From Candidatus Atabeyarchaeum deiterrae (GTDB lineage Archaea; Asgardarchaeota; Atabeyarchaeia; Atabeyarchaeales; Atabeyarchaeaceae): a stretch of 64,000 nucleotides of DNA. The DNA is taken from assembly GCA_037310415.1 (NCBI GenBank), contig CP147780.1, forward strand, positions 128,001 through 192,000. The letters run 5' to 3'. Position 1 is the stretch's first letter; every line of letters starts with the position of its first letter. Position numbers and translations under genes: made by a program. Below, piece after piece: positions 58,258 through 64,000 of the stretch. Under the pieces are notes generated by a model, which ran no database searches, had not been told where the DNA came from, and saw only the letters and a program-made list of their open reading frames with translations.

Positions 58258-59691
58258 ATGTCAAGCAATGGTGAAGCTGCGTACAAGGAGAGCATTTCGA
58301 ATGCTCAGAGAATACTGAAGGGTAAGAAAGAGAACTTCGCCCGTCTGCAGAGAGAAGTCATTAACACAGGGGCATGCGTTTCTTGTGGAGCTTGTGTCGC
58401 AAGTTGCGACCAGTTGGCTTTTGAAGAAGGAAAGCCCAAGCTCGTCGGCAAGTGCACAGTTTGTGGCGTTTGTTATAATCAGTGCCCTCGCACATCTACG
58501 ATGACAGCCGATCTAGTGGGCAACTACGCTGCTGCCTTCCAAGGCAAATCTAAACTCGACAAAGTGAAAGGGCAAGATGGAGGGGTAGTCACATCCTTGC
58601 TACTTTATGCCCTGGGCAGAAAACTGATCGATGCTGCTGTCGTTACGTCAAGGGATCCTCAACAGCCTTGGAAGCCCGTAGCCAAAATTGCCACATCTGA
58701 GAAAGATATCTTGGAAGGCTCGGGATCGGTATACACCCATAGCCAAGTTGTTCCGGCGCTTAGCAACGCGCTTAAGAAAGGATTCAAATCCATAGCATTT
58801 GTTGGAACACCTTGCAACATCGATGCAATCTACAAGATGCAGTATTCAGACGTTGGGCTCGTTCACCTTTTCAAGGGAGCCACTGTTATCAGAATCGGCC
58901 TTTTCTGCATGGACTCATTCTCCGAAAAGGGTCTGCGGACTTTCTTCGAGAAGAAGAATGGCACTCCACTGGAGAATATCAGTAAAATGAATATCAAGGA
59001 AGGAAAATTCAGAATCACAATCAAGAACAATGGTGAGAAAGAGTTCGTCATTGCAGACCTTGACAATTACAGGTCGAGCAGCTGTGATTTCTGTACAGAC
59101 TTCACTTCTGAGAAAGCTGACATCTCCGTAGGAAGCGTTGGATCCCCGCTGGGTTTGTCGACTATCATCGTCAGAACGAATACCGGTATGGACCTGCTAA
59201 ATGGAGCGGCGAAGAGCGGAAACATCGAATTCAAACCCCTGAGTGAAGAGGATTTGACAAAGGTACTGAACATAGCGAGAATTAAGAAGAATCATCGCTA
59301 CACACCCAAAGAGAAAATCACATACGTGCTGGATTCACCGCCATTGAAAGTTGGGGAGCCCAAGACTGCTGAGCCTCAAGCCAAGTCGCTGATCAAGTCT
59401 GGTGAGACAAAGCTAGTAGGCGCTGAACAAAACCGAGTCAAGATGACCCTTAGAAATGATGCGGTAGACTGCCTCGAAGACTTACGAATCAAGATAACTC
59501 ACAAGGGGGAAGCACCGAAAGACACTGTTGGATGGGAACTCAAGGTTGACGAGTGGGCACCTTCAGAGACGATTGAGCTCGAGTACCCTAGAATCAAGGA
59601 CGACAAGGAGTACAATATTGAAGTTCAAAGTGAAGTGAATGGCACCATGTTCACAAAAAGGATTCTAGCCGCTGAGTTAAACAAGAAGTGA
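58258..59691 (+). CDS. F420-dependent dehydrogenase/hydrogenase beta-subunit family protein (FrhB/FpoF-like) with extra C-terminal domain
   Basis: 2x[4Fe-4S] CVSCGACVASC and CTVCGVCYNQCP, QDGGVVT, GTPC, GLFCM, CDFCTD, ADISVG. Confidence 0.9.
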   Translation: MSSNGEAAYKESISNAQRILKGKKENFARLQREVINTGACVSCGACVASCDQLAFEEGKPKLVGKCTVCGVCYNQCPRTSTMTADLVGNYAAAFQGKSKLDKVKGQDGGVVTSLLLYALGRKLIDAAVVTSRDPQQPWKPVAKIATSEKDILEGSGSVYTHSQVVPALSNALKKGFKSIAFVGTPCNIDAIYKMQYSDVGLVHLFKGATVIRIGLFCMDSFSEKGLRTFFEKKNGTPLENISKMNIKEGKFRITIKNNGEKEFVIADLDNYRSSSCDFCTDFTSEKADISVGSVGSPLGLSTIIVRTNTGMDLLNGAAKSGNIEFKPLSEEDLTKVLNIARIKKNHRYTPKEKITYVLDSPPLKVGEPKTAEPQAKSLIKSGETKLVGAEQNRVKMTLRNDAVDCLEDLRIKITHKGEAPKDTVGWELKVDEWAPSETIELEYPRIKDDKEYNIEVQSEVNGTMFTKRILAAELNKK

Positions 59692-59807
59692 ACGCCAAGC
59701 CAGATCAACTCTTTTTCTATTTTTCAGCATGTTTTTGCTTGCTTCTACTCAGGCTTGGCTTTTCCGTTCAAAGAAAAGAGAGAGGAAAGGACTGACACGC
59801 TCATTTC

Positions 59808-60584
59808 CTAGTGGGACGCAAAGAATATTGACACTAGTTCGACAAAACTTGGCTCGTTGGTCCATACTGAGATCCAGGGACCTTTGTAGTTGCTGATACA
59901 TCCTGAAGAGAGTAATGCCTCTTTCCCGTCAGCTAGAATCATTATGGCAGGGATATCATCCTTTCTTACCAGTTTGATACTCTCATCCATTGTTGGCATT
60001 GCAGCCTCAGGATTGCCTCTTTGACTTACCATGAGTCTGATGCTCACGTTTCGACCTGACGCCTTTTCTATGACGGATTTGATTCGCTCAAGAACTTGGG
60101 TGGGAACTGCAATGAGAAGCCGCTCCTCAGCAGAGCTGATCATTTCCTCGATTTTGTTGATTATGTTGGTTTCGCCTTTCAGAGTCCACAATTCTGCCAG
60201 TGACCGCTCATAACCATATCTTGATGCGAATTCCTCCACGGCAAGTTCCGTTTGCGCTTTCAAACCTTTCTCCAAACGTTCAAAGGCAACTTTAGGCGGA
60301 ACCGCGCGGTAGATTTTAGGTCTTCCCTCTTGCGTCTCAACTAGTCCCTTCGACTCGAGATTGGCCAAGGTATCGTATGCTCTTGGCTGAGGGATCCCAG
60401 CGACTCTGCAGATCTCTCCGACTGAAGCTGACCCAAGCTGCACCAAAGTCGCATATGCTTTTGATTCGTACTCACTTATGCCGTATTTCTTCAACACTTC
60501 ACGTGCACTATCGCTAACACCCAATTCTTGTTCTCCCCCTTGGCTATAAAGTTCAAGAGCCACTCTTGTCTTACGTTGCGACAA
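59808..60584 (-). CDS. TrmB family transcriptional regulator
   Basis: YGISEYESKAY..GIPQPRAYDTL..GRPKIY; effector domain; start overlaps the upstream gene and may lie further downstream. Confidence 0.9.
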   Translation of the reverse strand: MSQRKTRVALELYSQGGEQELGVSDSAREVLKKYGISEYESKAYATLVQLGSASVGEICRVAGIPQPRAYDTLANLESKGLVETQEGRPKIYRAVPPKVAFERLEKGLKAQTELAVEEFASRYGYERSLAELWTLKGETNIINKIEEMISSAEERLLIAVPTQVLERIKSVIEKASGRNVSIRLMVSQRGNPEAAMPTMDESIKLVRKDDIPAIMILADGKEALLSSGCISNYKGPWISVWTNEPSFVELVSIFFASH

Positions 60585-60801
60585 GTGTAGTAGTTTGTTC
60601 GATGTTGGGAAGTCTTCTCACTTTCGTTACAACGGTGTCAAGCTTACCGAAGCTTTCCGTTTGCACGGTCACTACGATATCCCAAGCGCCGTAGCATACT
60701 CTAGCATCGACTACGTCTTCTATCTTCTTAATCTGCTCAGCAACATCATGTTCGCTTCCAGCTGCAGCCAAGGCAAGCACATAGGCGACTACCTTCGGCA
60801 C
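60571..60801 (-). CDS. Stand-alone Lrp/AsnC ligand-binding (RAM) domain protein
   Basis: AYVL..YGAWDIVV..TTTLV; no HTH. Confidence 0.88.
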   Translation of the reverse strand: MPKVVAYVLALAAAGSEHDVAEQIKKIEDVVDARVCYGAWDIVVTVQTESFGKLDTVVTKVRRLPNIEQTTTLVAT

Positions 60802-61000
60802 TTATTTTAACACCTCAAGTTTATTCCAATCTCGTTAGAGTAAACATACTTCAATCTATTCTTATTATATGTAGGCGTTTTGAATCCATTGTTTTCTCTC
60901 TGCAGATTGTTTATTTAAGCCAATTTGATTGTCAGGTCAAGCGTTCTCCGCTCACCGTGACTACTAGTTGGTGTTGAACATCGATAGTGCTTGCGTATAT

Positions 61001-62176
61001 TCACTCGGTTCGTCGGGCGTTCTGACCAAGAGCCTTCAAGTTCTCTACTGGGATTTGTCCATACGCATGCAAAACCAGACCATCAGCTTCGTTAGAAATC
61101 GATTGCATGATTTTCACCGTCTCGCTTGGAGATACAGAAGGACTCATGATGGCGATTGGATAGATTTTCACTTCTCTAAGAACTCCTCCAAGCTTCCGTC
61201 TGAGCGCCCTGAGCTCATTTGTTATAGCGTTTACTCCTTTGTGGACTACAATCTCATCTAATATTGGATATAGGCAATCAAGGTTCTTGCCCAATGCCCT
61301 ATCATCATGCCCTGCGATCCACGACACCTCATCTGGACATAAGTCTATTCCGACCATCGCGTCTGGGTTTGCCTGGCGTGAGGCAATCATGATTCTCCCA
61401 CTTATTTCCGAAACCATGTGTCGTCTATGTTGAAACCATGAGCTTAAGCCCAGCAATTGGGTCCAAGACCTTACCAGTTTTATGTTCATTGAAAACGGAC
61501 TGCTACTGGAAGCTTCCATGATCTTCTGCGGCTGCGCAAATGGTTTAGGAAAGAATCTCAGTCTGCTTTTGACGCCATCTATGTTTATTCCTTGATTGCG
61601 TGCCTCAGCTTTGCAGTATTTGCAGAAGCATGTAAGGTTGCCCGTTTTGAAGGTTGGGGTCACGGAGTAGTGAAGTTTCTCAATCTCGATACCAGCCACC
61701 TCGTAGTTTGAGAGGATGTCTGTTGCCAAACTGAGTATGTATCTCTCAACACTAGGATTAACGAAACACATTAAGGGATAGATCTCATCGCTCTGCGCTC
61801 CACTACTACTCACTTGAGCGTACTCAGGTCTTCTCTTGAGGAGAGCTGGATTAACTAGACAATTCAATACGGCATAGACCTGGATCTCCTTCTTCTTGGC
61901 TTCTTTGCAGACTTCTCCGAGAACATCCATGTCTTTGAACTGCTTTGCTCTCGTTGGTTTGATCTTTGATTTTTCATAGAAGTGGGGATTCGGATTGAAA
62001 GAGAGCGCGCCTTCATCGGTGGAGGAGCTAACAAATGGTGTTGGCTTCTGGAAAGAATCCACCGAAAGATGAATGAATTCGACATGAGAGGAGCTGCTAA
62101 TCTTGGCGACAGCTTCTTTTATTCCCTCACTCGCCAGCGTATCGGAGTAACATCGAATCCCGAAATGCAAGACCAA
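61001..62176 (-). CDS. Glycoside-hydrolase-like TIM-barrel protein (GHL10/DUF187-like)
   Basis: C..NP.V..Y..L..DI..NY.V.GIEIE and CFCKYC motifs. Confidence 0.7.
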   Translation of the reverse strand: MVLHFGIRCYSDTLASEGIKEAVAKISSSSHVEFIHLSVDSFQKPTPFVSSSTDEGALSFNPNPHFYEKSKIKPTRAKQFKDMDVLGEVCKEAKKKEIQVYAVLNCLVNPALLKRRPEYAQVSSSGAQSDEIYPLMCFVNPSVERYILSLATDILSNYEVAGIEIEKLHYSVTPTFKTGNLTCFCKYCKAEARNQGINIDGVKSRLRFFPKPFAQPQKIMEASSSSPFSMNIKLVRSWTQLLGLSSWFQHRRHMVSEISGRIMIASRQANPDAMVGIDLCPDEVSWIAGHDDRALGKNLDCLYPILDEIVVHKGVNAITNELRALRRKLGGVLREVKIYPIAIMSPSVSPSETVKIMQSISNEADGLVLHAYGQIPVENLKALGQNARRTE

Positions 62177-62418
62177 TCACCATGACAATCCAGCAAGTAA
62201 CGAACTATACTACAGTCGATAATCAAGCAGAAACTCAATGTTACCTTAAATACTCTAGTGATTGACCACAACATATCTGAATTCACAAAACGTCTTGGAA
62301 TTGAGTTTTTGTTTCCCCGCTCCGAGGACCACTAGAAGATCTGGCACATCGGTCGACGTCAAAAGAAAATGAGGTTGTTGGGAGAACCACCTTAATCGCT
62401 CAAAATGGAGGAGCTCAG

Positions 62419-62748
62419 CTATTTTCCGCCTTTCTTCTTGTCTTTTTCTTTCCTTGCCCCTTCTTGTTTCTTGCCTATTGTAGCCTTGGGTCGACTTTTC
62501 GGAGCAGCACCTTCTTTCACTGTTTTGAATCCCTGTTCTCGCAAAGCCTTAACATTGAAATCGTGAATACTCCTACGCATTCGATCAATCGGCAAATCTG
62601 CTGACTTCACATCATGAACGGATACTCGAGCTTCTCCAATCTCGCCGTAGCTGAAACCTCTGCCGCGCCTGAGTACACCCACCTTAAGAGAAGTGGATCT
62701 AGGCTTAACCAAAGGAATTCTATTAGCATTATTGTTATCCTGTGACAT
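62419..62748 (-). CDS. rpl13e: Ribosomal protein L13e
   Basis: RRGRGFSYGEI..IDRMRRSIHDFNVKAL, Lys-rich tail. Confidence 0.88.
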   Translation of the reverse strand: MSQDNNNANRIPLVKPRSTSLKVGVLRRGRGFSYGEIGEARVSVHDVKSADLPIDRMRRSIHDFNVKALREQGFKTVKEGAAPKSRPKATIGKKQEGARKEKDKKKGGK

Positions 62749-62921
62749 AGGACCTGACAACTCCATCCAATGACTCGATTGAACCTAGGAATAGCATTGA
62801 AGGGCTTAAAAACCTCTCTCAACAGAAATCGATTGGCCATTACGGAGAAAAAAGAGAAGCATTATTGTGCCTAACCAAAGAATAGAAAAGGGGAGGTTTT
62901 GTAGTCTACGTCCGAGAGAGA

Positions 62922-64000
62922 CTAGCTCTTTTTCTTTCTTTTGCCAGCTTTTTCGAGTTCCTCTATCTCTTTTCTTATCAAATCTGTTTCCTCAACCGGC
63001 TCCAGTTCCTCTTTGGCTCCGAGACTCTCAAGCTCCTTGGCTATTGCATCCACTTCCGATTCGGCCGGCTCAGAAACACCAGCTGGTTCCGCTTCGACTT
63101 GTTTGACTCCTACCGTTCCAGCCTTGGCATCTTGAGCTGCGACTCCCTCGAATTCAATCTTTCCCTTACCAAGTTCTTCTAGCCTCTCCCTTGAGAGTAT
63201 TGACAACTTCGCTTGATAGATGGTTTCAAGTGCTTGAGCTCTGCTTCTCACTGGAATAGGTGACGTGACCTCGCCTCTGCTGATTAGCTTGATGCTCTGA
63301 TCGATCTTCTTGATCACAAAGGGGATTCTAGCTCTCTTGGCGAAAACGTAACCGACGATCAACAGGAATGCCGCCCCTCCGCTGCCTCCCACAGCAAAAA
63401 GGGTGACCATCAAAGGATCCAGAACAGCAACGTTGAAAGAACCCATACTCATATTCCCAGTGTTGCCGGCGTTATCTACCGCGTAGACACGCCAATACCA
63501 CAAACCATTGGCAAGTCCAAAGAAAGGAGTGTAATGAGTCAAGTTCCAGTAAGGCTCCAAGATCATCTGTTCAGAATTGAATGCAGTCGATCTGTCAATC
63601 TCGATCACATAATGACTTACCCCGCTTAGTAGATCAGAGGAGGGATCCCAAATGAGAGTCGGTTTGTCTCCGACCGAGCTTCCTTCGGGAGGGTTTGCAG
63701 GCGCCATCACTGGCGCAGAAGGTCCATGTGAATCATAGATGATCGTGGAATTCACAGGGCCTGCGATTCCCACAGTATTGTTTGCTTTGAAATAGATAAT
63801 CCTGTTTCCATCATTACCAGAACTGAGCGTCCAATTATAGAGTGAGGTTTGATATGGAGACCAACTATAATTCAAATTGTCGTTACTGAAGCCTGCATAC
63901 GACAAACTAGTTCCTGCAGCAGACAATCCTATAGATGTAGTGTTCACGTACCGAGACAACTGCGCAGGCGTGGCGTTCACGGCAGTAGTACGGCCGTATA
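62922..64000 (-). CDS. C-terminal part of a single-pass cell-surface protein (Ig/FN3-like repeats, TM helix, long cytoplasmic tail); 5' end outside the window
   Basis: Many N-x-S/T sequons, YWRVYAVDNAGN, hydrophobic helix, about 140-aa charged tail. Confidence 0.85.
   Translation of the reverse strand, partial: YGRTTAVNATPAQLSRYVNTTSIGLSAAGTSLSYAGFSNDNLNYSWSPYQTSLYNWTLSSGNDGNRIIYFKANNTVGIAGPVNSTIIYDSHGPSAPVMAPANPPEGSSVGDKPTLIWDPSSDLLSGVSHYVIEIDRSTAFNSEQMILEPYWNLTHYTPFFGLANGLWYWRVYAVDNAGNTGNMSMGSFNVAVLDPLMVTLFAVGGSGGAAFLLIVGYVFAKRARIPFVIKKIDQSIKLISRGEVTSPIPVRSRAQALETIYQAKLSILSRERLEELGKGKIEFEGVAAQDAKAGTVGVKQVEAEPAGVSEPAESEVDAIAKELESLGAKEELEPVEETDLIRKEIEELEKAGKRKKKS

Noticed and set aside
36303-59691. 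Selenocysteine read-through in hdrBC or the frhB-like gene
   Set aside because: These frames are complete with Cys at the motif positions; no in-frame TGA needed and no SECIS-like element identified
4211-63135. Numerous 60-180 aa ORFs nested in or antisense to annotated genes
   Set aside because: Shadow frames of well-supported CDSs with no independent motifs
1-64000. tRNA, rRNA, CRISPR arrays, transposases, integrases
   Set aside because: None recognised by eye; intron-containing tRNAs or small RNAs could be missed without tRNAscan-SE or Infernal

Overview
Gene-dense archaeal chromosomal window with about 55 CDS. I recognised no rRNA, tRNA, CRISPR array or transposase. It is very likely from an Asgard archaeon: it encodes a Rab-like GTPase, a second divergent Ras-family GTPase, a single-domain gelsolin with a C-terminal extension, L13e, an archaeal-type SAM synthetase and HdrBC. 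Main blocks: a stand-alone EF-2 (probably the aEF-2p paralog); a complete [NiFe]-hydrogenase maturation cluster (hypF, C, B, A, D, E) with two inserted genes; an ABC exporter with its regulator; thiolase-like/DUF35/acyl-CoA ligase genes; a purine cluster; hdrCB; and housekeeping genes (rpoK, pyrE, gltX, rpl13e, geranylgeranyl reductase). Two observations stand out. (1) The run purS-purQ-purL-purF-purD covers purine steps 1, 2 and 4 and has no purN/purT, but a divergent formylmethanofuran:H4MPT formyltransferase (Ftr) homolog follows purD directly. It is a candidate new GAR transformylase using a methanopterin or methanofuran formyl donor. (2) About 300 consecutive codons of the EF-2 gene end essentially only in A or C, and this bias reverses at the 3' end of the same gene. 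That is an extreme local strand asymmetry with origin-like polarity. All product calls come from motif recognition by eye; no searches were run.
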